The notes under the pieces: generated by a model | The model's database searches: none | The model's input: only the letters and a program-made list of their open reading frames with translations | What the model was told of the DNA's origin: nothing | Part shown: positions 1-22,870 of the stretch, in pieces | How the letters are laid out: each line of letters begins with the position of its first letter | Position numbering within the stretch: position 1 is the first letter of the stretch | DNA from: Ptychomitrium polyphyllum | Taxonomy: Eukaryota | Assembly: GCA_973851085.1 (NCBI GenBank) | Contig: OZ316775.1 | Location: forward strand, 13,888,001-13,952,000 | Length of the DNA stretch: 64,000 nt | Reading direction: 5' to 3' | Program-made: the position numbers and the translations under genes

Positions 1-441
1 AGTGTGACCAGGTTTCGTGTTCAGAAAGAAAGCTGACCAAGGTTTCGAACTGCGCCCTTGTGTTTTGAAGAAAGGCAAAGCTGAACAGAGACGATATGTT
101 TGACAACTTGCTTCCTCAGGATATTGACGTTCGGATTTATTGATTTACTTGTCGTTATAGTTGGCTTGAGAACATAATCTGAATGTACTCACTTGCGTCG
201 AGGAAACTTATGGACGGTATTGAGTGGATTTTGAGCTGCTACAGCTGCATCACCAGGATCTTGTGATAGTCTAGTCTAGTTTGTACTCCAGCAAGAGTAG
301 ATTTGTGAAATAATTTGAGCGGGGATCTGTTGAAGGTCGTCGTAAATACTATTTAGTTGAAGTTCAACAAATCTTGCTGGACACAAGTATTTGTCTTCAC
401 AGGAGTAGCTTCGGAGTCGACCTTAAGCAGCTCACCAGAGA

Positions 442-3198
442 ATGCTCACAAACTGGACACCGTCGTTACATTGTGGAGCCATTGACCTAAGTACTCAACT
501 GTGCACCGAATTCTTTGGGAACCGTCGCATTCAACGCCATCAAAGCAACCATGGCGAGGGTAACAACACGACGATGGACATCAAAAGGAGTTCAGTCCTA
601 GCATCGCACATCTCTGGAAGTAGGAAAAGCCGCGCTTCGTTAGCGTATGTGAGGAGCTTGAGCATGAAGGGGCTCAAGGCAGGATCACGACATTCAACAA
701 ACGATCCGGTGAGCAGATCGGTGATAGATGCAATTGTTGAAAGGATGCACGTGATTCCTTACTCGGATCTTGTACTGCGGCGCAAATTGGACGGTGGACA
801 CTCCTTGATCGAAGCAATCGAAAGTGGATCTGAAAGTGAGTACTGCTGGGAAGACGCTTGGAAGCTGTACATGCAAAGCCAAACAGCCACTTTGAAAGAA
901 CTCGCTGCACGTATGCAAGAATGCAACCCTCAGATTGACAGCACCGTCGCTTGTTCTGAATCACCAGTTGTAGCACCTCTTCCGGTGAGTTTTCTTGCAA
1001 TTTGATATGATTCCGTCGATGCAGGCCTTTGCAACGCACTTTGATTTGTAGAACCAAGATCGATACATTAGGGTGAAAATTAGGGTGTCATCAGTCCACA
1101 ATCATGTACTTAAATTTTCTTAAAGTTGACTTCGATATTTGATTCTGTATAGATATTGAGCTGAGATGCTAAAAACTGTTGTGATCTTTCACCAGAAATA
1201 CTTCGACTCTTTGGATCATGCGGTTGGGGAGAGTGCTTCGACGCCCATTGACGGAATTCAATGTGGGGACACACACAAGAAGGAACCTAGTTTCTTATCG
1301 AATTTACGAGCAAAGAAATTGGGAAGTAGGAGGACTTGTGGCTTGATGTTGCTCAACGTACTTGCGGCCCTTTATGGATCGAGCACTGTTGCCGGGAAGT
1401 TTGCGACGGACATAGCACCTGGGCTGCCAGCCAGCCTCAGCTCCTTAGTCAGATTTTCATCCGCACTCCTAGTCTTCCTGCCCGCGTTGCGTAATGTCTT
1501 AGGTCGAAGTCAAAACGCAGCGCTTCTGAAAGCAGGAGCTGAGCTTGGCGGATTGTTGTTTGCTGCAGCGGTTCTTGAAACTTGCGGAGATGGCGGGGCT
1601 TCCAGTGATGCACCGCTTCTTTTCGCTTTCACAGTAAGTACTCTGCACCCAACCAGGGAGTCACGACATAGTTGATGAACATTTTTAATCAGCCATAGCC
1701 AATCACATTCGGTGTGTGCAATATCAAGTTTGCAACTAAATAAACGATCTAATTCTTAATAGCTCTCTGGAACTGGCAGGTGATCTTTGTTCCCATCATG
1801 GAGCTGTGCGCAGGCCGACAGTCTGTTCGCAACTTCACACGAATTGCGTCACTCGTAGCACTTTCAGGTACAACTAAAGCCTAAATTTGTCTAGTTTTAT
1901 GCTTTGTCAAAAACGTCTTGCAAAAATTGGAGCTTATTGGATCTCATGCATGGTTGTCGAAATTTGCAGGAATGGGAGTGTTGGAGGAGGAAGGCCTTGG
2001 ATGGAAAGGTATATCTCTACCTCAAGTGGGCGATGTGTGGGGCTTGGGGGCATCTGCCATTTACGCGCTTCACATTTTCAGATCCGAGGCGCACAGCAAG
2101 AGCTTCAAGCCCTTCGAGCTGACAGCAATCCAATGCGGCACCGTTGCCTTGCTGAGCTTGGTGTGGGAAATCTCTCGAGTTCTCCACGAAAACACAACCG
2201 CCACGGAGTACGTGAGCCAGCTGCAATCTCTGCCTTGGGGTCCTCTGCTCTACATCGGTCTTGTCTGCTCAGGATTGTGCAGTTGGCTTGAGATTCACGG
2301 CCTCCGCTCGGTCCACGCTTCCACAGCTACGATGGTGAACACAACTATTCCTATCTGGGGAGCGTTCCTGTCCTTCTTCTTGCGCGGCGAGAGCCTCGAT
2401 GACTCGGCCATCGTCGGTGGATCGGTGATCCTTGTAGCAAGTCTGTTTGCACAGCTGGTCAGCAAGCAGGACGACATACACCGACGTAGACCTCGACATA
2501 ACGCTACCTCTGAGGAGCACAAACCTCGAAAAGCTTCATCGACCCCTCCGTCACCAAATTCGAATCCAGCGGTCGATCATGTGCAGGGCGCAATCATAAC
2601 CTCGCAGCTCAAGTTCCCCTATTACGCCGCCCAAGCAAAGCGCCTCCTAGTGGAAGCCAAGTTCAAGCTTCTATCCGTGAAGAGCTTGGTCATGTCGGCG
2701 ACGTCGATGCTCGTCACGAGCACTTCGCCAGTGCCACCAGGCTCCCTCCACTCGGGAGCTCCAGCCACCATCGCCACATCGGTGACGCTCCAACAAGCAG
2801 CAAACATGGTCAACACCTCCTCACCCTCTTCGGGTGCTCACGTCGCAGTAGTGGTCCAGTGGATGGACGTCGCAGCGGAAGTTTTGGAGTCTGCCATCAC
2901 CGCCCTCGGCTCCGACATGGTGCAAGCCGTCGGGCAGGCAGAGGACATCGCCAAACTCCTCGAGCAAATTTCCTCGACCGCCATGGACCACTTGACTATG
3001 GCCGCAGCCTCGGCCGACGCTCTGCTCGTCTCGCTGGACATGGCGAACTGGGCTTCTCTGGAATTTCTCAAATCCGTCGACACAACCACAACAAATGCAC
3101 TTGTGGATCGTTCCCTCGAGTGCGCTATCCCGCTGATCGCCCATCACGCAGACGCAGTTCTGCAACTCATGCTCACTTGTTCTTCAAACCCAAACTAG
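442..3198 (+). CDS. EamA/DMT-family (drug/metabolite) transporter with long N- and C-terminal extensions, about 765 aa, 4 coding exons
   Basis: Exons 442-984, 1196-1633, 1780-1867 and 1970-3198 join in frame through GT-AG introns (2298 nt). Hydrophobic EamA-type segments include GLMLLNVLAALYGS, LVRFSSALLVF, GAELG, GDVWGLGASAIYALHI, LPWGPLLYIGLVCSGLC and TIPIWGAFLSFFLRGE. An acceptor at 401-402 suggests an upstream UTR or coding exon. Confidence 0.85.
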
Positions 3199-3721
3199 GC
3201 GTTTTTGCCTCCATTCTTTAGTCCGACGGACAATTTCATTTCCTTCATTAAATCACTCTGCTAGATGAGCTTGACATTCAAGCTTGATTTAGAGGATATG
3301 ATAGAAGCTCTATTTTCAATTCATGGATTGGAGTGTATTGATTGATTGTGCGAGAACGAATGATTAGAAGCGTGAATCAAGTGCACATATTGTTAGGCAC
3401 GTTTTCACCCACTGAGGACAGTGAAGTATTTATGGCGATCAAAATGAGATTTGCAGCTTGAGATTCATCTTCAGAGAATATGTAGGTTGACAGTTAGTTT
3501 AAGCCACGGAACTTCAAATAGGTTTTGTACTTCATTAGGAAAATGTGCACACTTATTAATAAGCGCAAATAATTGAATAAATTGGGAACTGGAATGAAGT
3601 TTTTTTTTCAAGCATATGACAGTGTACTGTCTCGTCACGTCATGTACAAGATGCACATGTGTATGTAGAATATATTGGATAGCACTATTGTCATGATGGC
3701 GTTAGTTGTACCTTGAAGCAT

Positions 3722-3753
3722 ACAATGAGAGCTGCACACAATGAGAGCTGCAC
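3722..3753. repeat. Perfect 16-bp tandem duplication (ACAATGAGAGCTGCAC x2)
   Basis: Read directly from the sequence. Confidence 0.9.
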
Positions 3754-4492
3754 ACATGCATCTTCACATAACAGGTAGGTTACATTAGGACATAGTTTGT
3801 ATTTGAGAAGGGTCACTGTGTACACTATTAAGAAGATTGCACACTTCTCATTTACAGCAGTTTGTCATGTCCAAACAAGTGAATCAATTGGGAGTTGGAT
3901 GTGAACAATCTTTCTTTAACTGCATTTGCCACGCGGTTTGCATTGTGCTCTCTTGTCTCACTATGTACATGATGCATCCTTGTATAGTAAAAGGATTTTG
4001 ATGGGTTGCATTTTTGTCGTAACAGGAACCTCTACACAATTCCGTTACCAGGCTTCTATTTCAAAATTCACTTGACTTGCCAAAAACAATAAAGCATAAT
4101 GAAATTCGAAAACCGGTCATTCTAACGTAGAGGGCCATAAGTTAGGCGCAATAAACTTTGTCGTTAGACGTTCTCTAGCTAACTTGCTAATATTCCACTT
4201 GTCAGGAAATGCGAGGTTTCCTACATGTCTGATGTACTAAGATTCAGACTTGGGGAAAGAGGAAGGAAATGGAGACTAACCTGAAAGCCTACTCATGATT
4301 GATTTTGAAAACAGGTTTATTTACGTGATCATCGTCACAGTTTCTGTTTTTCTAACAAGTTGATATTTACTGTCATTTACGTAATCTATTATAAATGGTG
4401 CTAGCTATGCACGTGTATCTACTACCGTAACTTTGTGATTGAAGTAATTGAAGCAACAATTCGGAGTCAAGAGATTGTGACTTTGTGTTCAT

Positions 4493-4563
4493 TAGGAGAT
4501 GTCACACCAGCGAGTTCTCTAAGATTGTGAATCTCAGAGTACTCGCAGGTGTGACAACCCCTA
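4493..4563. mobile_element. Short TA-flanked palindrome, possible minimal MITE or transposon-end remnant
   Basis: 4500-4556 folds into a 27-bp stem with 3 mismatches and a 3-nt loop (TGTCACACC...GGTGTGACA). The pairing extends imperfectly to TAGGAGA/ACCCCTA. AATCTCAG/CTCAGG motifs recur up to about 4730. Confidence 0.45.
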
Positions 4564-5589
4564 CTAATCTCAGATAAAAATCTCAGCTCCGGCGAGCTCA
4601 GGTACAGTGACCTCAGGTATAGCTATCCTTTGTCTGGTATAAGGCTATTTGAAGAAAACCAAAAAATGACACCAAGACTTCTAAGGAATACTGTGAATAA
4701 AACTAAAAATCTCAGCCCACGGATCTCAGGTTTGTTGTCTCTAAATCATTATTTTGGTCTTGTGGTTCTTAAGTTTAAGATTCATCATGTGGAACAGTTC
4801 ATTAGAATTCTCTGTTATAGACTAGTTTCGCAAGAAATTTGCCATTGAGCTCCTAAAAGAGTTTATGAACTTGGACTCAAAATCATTCAACTGACTACTG
4901 AGTTTTTGACCAAAAGGTGGCACATTCTCATAGCTCCAGCTTTGCACTTACTGTGCGATACTGACTTCGGGTATAATCTTTGAATGATATTCGCATACTC
5001 ATAGCTTGTAAAATGGTCCATCTGGCTACTAAGCATCATACCGTGGTATTATCAAAGACACTGGTTGACCAAGGATCAAAAACAAAGATCTTCATTCATA
5101 GAAGTACTTCAATGTACAACCTGGCACACAGCTAGGCAACTGGCCAGACGTGCAGTGCCAGGCACCAATTCTTGAATCAACTCAATAGTGCTTGGGTTGA
5201 CAACTAAAAACAACCCAATCATCAACCAAAAACTTACTTCTAAAGTGTAAAAGTCGGACGAAGTGCACAACTGAAAGTGTGTCACCATTTGAAAAGATAG
5301 GTGCATCTCTCTTCAGAACCATGCACTTAGGGCTCCCCTAAGAGAAGGCACAAGTACTGCCTGGCTTCAAAAAACCTGCATCCAACTAAATACCGGTAGA
5401 GCATGGAATGGGCATTGAAACATACCCTAGTGTAATACCAACTCTTCCTTCTCAATTTTACTACGTATATATCAATACCATATCCACCTAATATGAGGAA
5501 AAACTACAGTAGCAAGGGCAGAATCCTCAAATACGTTTCATGCTCAGCACCCACATTCTCCTAGTGTTCACAGTTTATTTATAAACTCC

Positions 5590-15171
<9,582 letters not shown>

Positions 15172-15210
15172 GATCGCCTCGTCCGCGCTTCCTCCTTTAA
15201 TTCCCCGTCG

Positions 15211-15257
15211 CTTCCTTCCTCCCTCCCTCCCTCCCTCTCTCCCTCCCTCCCTCCCTC
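15211..15257. repeat. (CCCT)n microsatellite in the UBP12 5' leader
   Basis: Direct read of CCCT units about 40-85 nt upstream of the ATG. Confidence 0.9.
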
Positions 15258-15368
15258 AAATCGGAACACAATCGATCGCCACACGAACAGCACACAATCT
15301 CGTGCCGAAATGCGCCGTGAACTCCCTCCACCACAATCCGCCACAACCAAAGCCGCGGAAGCACCACC

Positions 15369-15467
15369 AAACCCTAGACACACCAAACCCCAGACCTCCT
15401 CCCCGTTCTCTGTGCGCGCTCTCTGCACTAGCCCTGCGATTCCACACACAATGAATCCAAACCCTAG
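15369..15467. promoter_or_regulatory. Two telo-box-like motifs (AAACCCTAG) upstream of UBP12
   Basis: AAACCCTAG at 15369-15377 and 15459-15467. The AAACCCTA telo-box is a known plant 5'UTR/promoter element; function here is inferred. Confidence 0.4.
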
Positions 15468-15637
15468 GTTAATGGCTCCCGTCTCTGGCGCCCTCTCCCT
15501 CTCGTCGAATGATTTCTTTTTCTCTGGTGCCCGTGGTCCCGGATTGCCGATCTCGGCCCCGCCGGGGCGTTTCTAGTGAGGTGGCCTAACTAAGTAAGTG
15601 CACTAGTGTGTCCCCAGTCAACACCGTGCGGGGGATT

Positions 15638-15728
15638 GAGAGTGAGTGAGTGAATGAGCGAGTGAGTGAGTGAGTGAGTGAGTGAGTGAGGGAGTAAGTA
15701 AGTGAGTGAGTGAGTGTGTGAGTGAGTG
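15638..15728. repeat. (GTGA)n imperfect microsatellite
   Basis: About 90 bp of GAGT/GTGA units. It accounts for the spurious THSLTHS ORFs. Confidence 0.92.
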
Positions 15729-17229
15729 CACTCGTCCATTGGACGATGTCGTTGATGGAGTAAGACGAGCAAAGAGGTGCTAGCAGAGTCATTACGGTCG
15801 AGAGGGGAGGGGTGGTGTGGTGCTGCCGTGGCCGGGCAGCGGTAGTCCAGCTGGAGGGAGGACCCCTCCACGTCTGCATGCGCCCGGGCGTGGTCCGGCA
15901 TCGGACGGGAGCGACGCCGCTTTTTTAGAGGGATGTTTTTGGCTTTTGTTCTGTGAATCAATGATATTTACGGAGGGCGTACTTAGAAACTGTCGGTTCC
16001 AGATGCAGTGACGGCCTTGAAATTCACATTGTCTACGCTTCTTGTGAATTTTATGAAGCTCCACCAAACCTGTTGCCGGTTTTGGGTATGCATCCCGGAG
16101 GGGGAGGTGGGCGGGGAGTTGGATTGAGAGTGCAATCGCAACACGGTTAAAATTGAAGAACCGCAACATTCGTATTGACTCACCTACTTAAGCTCGTGGC
16201 TGGATGACTTTGAGAGCCGGGATTAACGCCCATTTCATATGGCAATGAAGGAAAGGAGTATAATCTTACAAAATGGAACTTCGAATTTCAAGGAAGAAGA
16301 ACGTTGAATCCACAATTCGACTCTATGTTGTTCCAGAGATTGAGAGCAGCTCAAGAATTTATAGCTGCAAAATGAGTGTGAACAATATCAATGTGAGATT
16401 AGATTAAGAAATGTAAACAACCTGTACGCCTTGACTGTCGGCCAACTCTTCAACTCAAAAATAACGTTAACAAAGACCTCAGCCCATGATTTCGAACCTG
16501 CGCTCCTGGAGTTTCGATATCAAATAGGGGCATGCCATACACCTTTCGTAACTGTGCCACACCCCTAACAAACCTTGCTGTGGTATTATCACAGAGTTCA
16601 TCCAACATAAGGTCAATTTTCGTCAACGAAAACTTCATGGTGTGAACAAGACATTTCGTACCTGCACTAACCGCCTGTTCCAGAAGACTCGTACCTCCAT
16701 GTGTGAATAGGCCCTGACTGGTTTTGCAGCAACTAGAAAGTGTCAGGAACTTGAATTGGGAGTCTGGAATTGGTTGCTGGCATGTTTCGATTGTGATTTG
16801 CAAGTGAGAAGGAAAAGATGATCTTTGTTGGGAGGTGGTCATCTGAGTCGGTGGTTTGTCCATTGACACAAAGGATTTTTTAATAGTTACAGTTTAGAAG
16901 TATTTGAATTAGGGCCTATCCGCATGTGTGGGCCCCACCAACTCTCCACAGCAAGTCACCTGACCGCCCAAATGATATCACGAATGATACTTGCTTCTGG
17001 AAGCACAAGCAATGACTGAAAGGCAACAAGCAAAAAAGGAATTATCATAACTGTACGACTGTAACGTGTGTTTGCCATGTGGAAACACTCATTAACTATG
17101 GTGGAGCAAATGAGCTGGTTTTCATATACAGGTTCAGAAAAGGAAGAAGGGGTTTGCAAAGTTTATTTTGAATGGTGGGAATGAAGAGGGGGAATCTAAT
17201 CTGTGGCCCCCAGGATCCAGCCCCTGTTG

Positions 17230-20200
17230 GTTCATGCAAACACGTTCTTGAGTGACAGCTGAAGTTGGCTTTTACATAACCCTTGAAAAAAAGAAATTAG
17301 AGATGAGATACCATTATTGAAGTAAAATTATCCTGTTTGAATTTAGAATATTGTGAAGATTATGTCACATGTAACCAATCCTAGCATGTTTGATTTTGTA
17401 TATATATAGTTATTGAAACCTTTTGTGATTAAATTATCACATGATCAAAATACATTTTGAGATCTTGTTTTGAGCTTTTCTACAAGGAAGATTGTAAAAT
17501 AAGCATTCAACATTTAGATGAAAAGTTTTTAAGGTAAGTTAAGAAATAACACGGTATTTTATACTTCCATTTAAACTCCAAATTCAAATTATATGATTTT
17601 TCAAAGTCAAGAACATGTAAAGCACTTTAAACTCTAAAGGTGGCAAAAATCTCTATTCCAATATAGGAAGAATTTTAATTTTTTATTATATAAAGGATGT
17701 TGTTGTAATTACATCATAATCTTTTTACAACAATGGATATTTATTTTGAAGTTGCAAGGTGGTTATAAAAATTGCATATTTGAAGATTCATAAAAAACTC
17801 CAAAAAATATTTTTAACTCCTTAATATTTACAAAAGGTACAAATTACGGTTTTTCATTGCAAAAATAGTAATTTATTGAATAAATACCAAATTGAAGAGG
17901 GCTATGGACTTCTTGGTTTTAAGAAGATTAAATAAATTGGCCAAAGAAGCCTTCAACAAATCAAGCATAGATTTTTCTCTACAATTATTTGTAATAGTTT
18001 TTCAATAAAAAAAATTGATTGCATTAGAAGATATTACAAATAAAGTGGTAGAAAAGATTCACAAGACAATTAGTCCAAAATCAAATTAAATTATTGCAAT
18101 AATTGAAAAAATATGAATTTGGGCTTTTTTTTGAAATCAATGAAGAGCCTTCACCAAAAAGATGGTAGTTTTCAATGTTAAAAAGATTTAAAACCCAAAA
18201 AAGATTGTATTGGGCGTTTAGATGTAGTATTGCCCGTAGACGGAATTACAACAAGAAATGTAGTGGAATTCCAAAGTGGGTCAACATTTAATAATCAAAT
18301 AATCATAATAAATATAAACTCTTCCAATTCCTCAAGATTTGCACTTAAAGAATGAAATTTGGTAATTATATATATAATAATTTTGTTTATATTGCATATT
18401 TCAAAAAACTATTAAATGCCAATCAAATGTATTTTAAGTCATTGAAAAAATGTACCATCATTTCATTCACTTTATTTTTGTCATGAATAATTGTGCAATT
18501 TTGATACTTCTTATTTATTATTTTTCATTTTTATGATTTGTGCTATTGCATAAGTTTCATCAATGATGAAATAAAAGAATGCTTAGCTTAAATGATACTT
18601 TAATACATCTTTTTGTACCAACAATATGTTTAAAAATATCATACACACTTTTTATCATTATAAAATCAACAATACTTATGTATTTTGGTACAATAAAATT
18701 GTTAAATTTAATCTTTTTGATGTCTATATACTGTATAAGATGATTTTAATTTTAAATTTGAATTGTTCTTTATGGAATATTTTCCATCATTGATCTTTTA
18801 TTTTTACTTCATTCTTTTATGTTCTTATTTTTTTTATCTTTATTTATATAACAAACATCAATATAAACTTTTTTATTATTGAAATTAAGAATAAATATAC
18901 AGAATTTGGTTTAATTTTTTTGAATCAATTATTTGCAAAAAATAAAAAATAAGATGAAAAACAAATTTGTTAGTTTTCAACTATAATAATAATAATAATA
19001 ATGACAATTTTATAATTAATTAGTATTTGAGAAGTTCTAATACAAAAAATATGTATTGAAGTAATTAAAAATGAATGAATTAAATGAACAATTTTACAAG
19101 CCATTTTAAAAATTGATATTCAATTTAATACTATTACTTTGAAATCCTAATTATTAAAATATGGTCTTTATTAAATCATCTTTTTATACATAAAACATGT
19201 TGGCACTTATTTCATAATATAATGCATTTTTTAATGTTTAACAACAAAATAATCACTTCTATGCATATATAGAAGATTCATTATTGATTTTAAAACCAAA
19301 TTCATTTGAAATATCAAGTACCAAAATTATTATTTATTATCATTATACAATTAAAGTTTTGAAAACTAACAAATTTTATATCAAATATGGCTTAATATAT
19401 ATTCATAAACTATGTAATTTAAATGTAAATAACAACTAGATTTATAACTTTTATGTATAGTCAAATTGATTCTATTAAGAAATTTATTTAATCTTATTTA
19501 AGAATAAAATTTTATAAATGTTAATATATAAATTTTTCATTCATAACAAAGTAACCAAATATTCATCTTATTCCATATAATTTATTTGGTTTCATTTTAA
19601 TTGCTTATTGAATGCATTAAAAAAAAAAAGTATATATAAAAATATATCATATATTTTATGCTTAATTCCAAATTAATCTTCAAATAATAAATCAATTCAA
19701 ATTCAAGATTAAAACTACAATATTTTTTTTATAATAATTATGAAGTTTTGAAATAAGAATTTTTAACAATTTAATATAATGAAATTGTTGCTTGGATAAC
19801 AATTACAATTTATAGATCATATTCAATGCTTTAAGTTTAAACAAATATATAATATCCATTTTTATTTATTTATCTCACAATACACTAAATTGTGATTTTA
19901 ACCATTTTAAAGAAATTTGTGTAATTTTGATATTTTTTGATTGTTTTGAAATTAATTTAAAATGATAATTATTTATCCAACGAATAATAGATAATTATAC
20001 ATATATGTTTGTTTTATAATGTATTGTAAATTTCTTCAAATATTCAAAAAGAAATATGTACAAGTATAAATAATAACATCCAAATTGATTGATTTTATTA
20101 TTAATATCTAGTAGAGGCACTTTTAGATTATGTTAAAAGTAGCATATGTGAAAATTTTAATCATTTTTTTACCTTTATTAGTTTTTAATTATGATTTTTT

Positions 20201-21440
20201 TAAAATGGTATAAACGTTTAGTTGCAAATATAATACATTTTAAAAAATGCATTATTCTTTTGAAATTATCAATTACATTAAAGCCATAATTAAAGTAATC
20301 TTTTTATTTCCAATGTTTAAAGAAAAAAACTTCATATATTAATCATCTTGCAAAATTATAAAAAAAAAAGAATTTTAGAAATTCTAATTAAACTAAAATC
20401 AACATATTTAATTTATGAATGCATGTACATATTTAAACATAAATCATAACATTTTTTTATTATATGGTGGATAAGCAAGTATACTTATAATGAAGTTTTT
20501 AAACAGAAAAGTATTTATTTAAATATTTCTTAAATATAGCATATATTTATAATTTTTGAAAAAAAATTTTATGTTGATTTATAAAAGCATTTTTTTAACA
20601 AATTGCTTGAGTTAATGATAAAATTGCATTTGTACAGAAAATTTCAATCTTTATGTAAAAAAAAAAACATGTATATGCATACTTTGTGATTTGGTTTATT
20701 TTGGAAATTAAAAGGCACATGTGACCTTATTACATTTGTAAATATCATTATAAACATTATTTATGTGGTTTTTAAAAAACCAATAATTGAAAAAAATCCT
20801 TCCAATTAATTTTGCTGTAACAAACCACTACATTAGGAAAATAATGGTAATTTAATTACTTTTAAATTAAATTGTTTATTCCAATAAATAGCAAAGTTTA
20901 TATATAATTGTACTTATTTGATCTTATTATAAATATTTTGACAAATCTTATCTTAATACTTATTATTTCTTCTATAAAAAGAGGATAGATTGATATTTAT
21001 TTGTATTGTTTAGTTTATTTATATGAGAAATGGAATTAAAATACTCTTTGAAATATATTGAAAATATTTTTCCATGAAATTATGAAGGCTTTGATTTTTC
21101 AATTGAACATATATACATTCCACAACACATACATTAAAAAGGTAATTGTATTAGTTTAACATTAAAAACAATATAATAACAAATAAAAAACATAAAAAAT
21201 ATATACGAATAAATAAAAGAACAAATAAAAGAATCATCAAAGTTATATGAAACACAAGTTGCCTCAATATTTTTCAAAGTGTACACAAACTTTCCAATCA
21301 ACTTTTACTAATTATTTTACTTGGAATGCTTTCAAATTCCATGTTCAATCCTCATTTTCAAATTAAAAAATCTTATGTTCCTCATTGTATAGTAGATTCA
21401 ATTTGCAAACTAGATTGGTGACATGGACTTTTTCTATGCA
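17230..21440. other. Very AT-rich, CpG-depleted block, probably ancient methylated and decayed repeat or TE DNA
   Basis: About 4.2 kb with almost no CG dinucleotides, no ORF of 60 aa or more in the track, and sharp compositional edges. Confidence 0.6.
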
Positions 21441-21869
21441 AAAAAGCATAATCTATTTTGTTGCAGTGTCCAAACTCCATCTCTCAAATCCCATCACTGC
21501 CTAACAAGCAGTCTAATCAGAATGTGAAACATTTGAGAACAAACAAGAACTCACCATCACAAACTGGGAGCTGGCTTGTCAAACAGTGTGTGAATTGTGT
21601 ACTGCACATGATACACATAACTTCATGCGCATTCCACAGCTACTTGTCACCATGCTCACACTTTATAGGGATAAGTTGGAGAAGGCTGGTTTGATGTATC
21701 TGATGACAAGAATTTGACACCTTCTAGGGATACAAAACATCTGCTCCAAATGATTGCACTCTCCACAACAATGTATTACCCAGATGATTGGGGGCTCAAG
21801 GAAAACTCCAGTTCTCCTCTTTGCTCAATTGTTTCCATCAGTAATCACGAGTGCTGTCCAATCCCAGAG

Positions 21870-22870
21870 TTTTGAGAGAATCCGTAAACCCGTTCAGCTG
21901 GTGGCGGTTTTTCGTCCTTATAGCATTCTGGATCAAACCACCAGTGCATAGAAAACGTGAAACTGACGAATCACATATTACGTGTTATACACTATGCTGC
22001 AAACTGTACAGTATCACTATCTTGTGCAAAAGGAAAACATTAAACAAATCTTCAAAATGATCTTGACATTGAAACTAAAGTTCAAAAGTGTAGATCACAT
22101 CTTCCTCACAAAACAGAGACTGCCTATGGAATTTATGGTATTCCTTGAAAGCAAGGCCAACCATGAGGCCTATCAGCTCTAAATGGGATGAAACTTCGTC
22201 CTGTAGCTCTTTGTATTGCACTAGACTTTCCCATTTTTTGACAAGTTGGTGCAAATTCTTCACAACAAGCGAATAAAATTTAAGGAACTTCATCCAATTC
22301 TGTGTTTTGTGTGCACGTGTTACCCTGTTCTTAATTCATATACATCTTGCTGGGTAGTTAGAGTCGCCGTCGTTGGATGGATACACACAGTGGTGAGTGC
22401 AAAAGAAAGGGTATTACATAACTTACATTGTTGGTTGTAATGCTCATAAGGCCATTCAGTTATGTAAATGATACTCATATGGAGTGTAGGCAGGTAATTC
22501 CTCTGGAGCAAGTGACATAAATCGATGACTATAGAATTTGCGGTAGTGTAATCCTCCTACTGGGTTCAAACTTCGTGCACTACTATGAAGTCTATCAGTT
22601 CAAGCAAAATCACCGACATGGCCCATCGGGAGCAAAGGGGCAACAGTTGCCTTGGAGTACACAACGAGTTCAACGTAGCGACCGATTCAAAGCGCGACTT
22701 CAGGGGTACACTCCTTGCTGAACAGTTACAGTGATGGTCATCATTCCAATGATTGCTACTCTCATTTATGTGTTCATAGAAGCTGCGTCTCATCGGCCAG
22801 AGACACCGCTGAAGTATCTGACCATGAACTCCTTCACAGTGACCGCCAGAATGCTGGTTATATTGGTGGA
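21870..22870 (-). pseudogene. Possible decayed protein-kinase relic
   Basis: Minus-strand fragments broken by stops and frameshifts: AVTVKEF, IIGMMTITVTVQQGVYP, LLELIDF/CTKFEPSRRITLPQIL (subdomain XI-like, about 22610-22532) and WFDPECYKDEKPPPAERVYGF (subdomain VIII/IX-like, about 21949-21875). I found no HRD or DFG. Confidence 0.3.

Noticed and set aside
15586..15961. ORFs with THSLTHSL repeats, and a possible repeat array
   Set aside because: Translation of the (GTGA)n microsatellite. There is no repeat-spacer structure, so it is not CRISPR-like.
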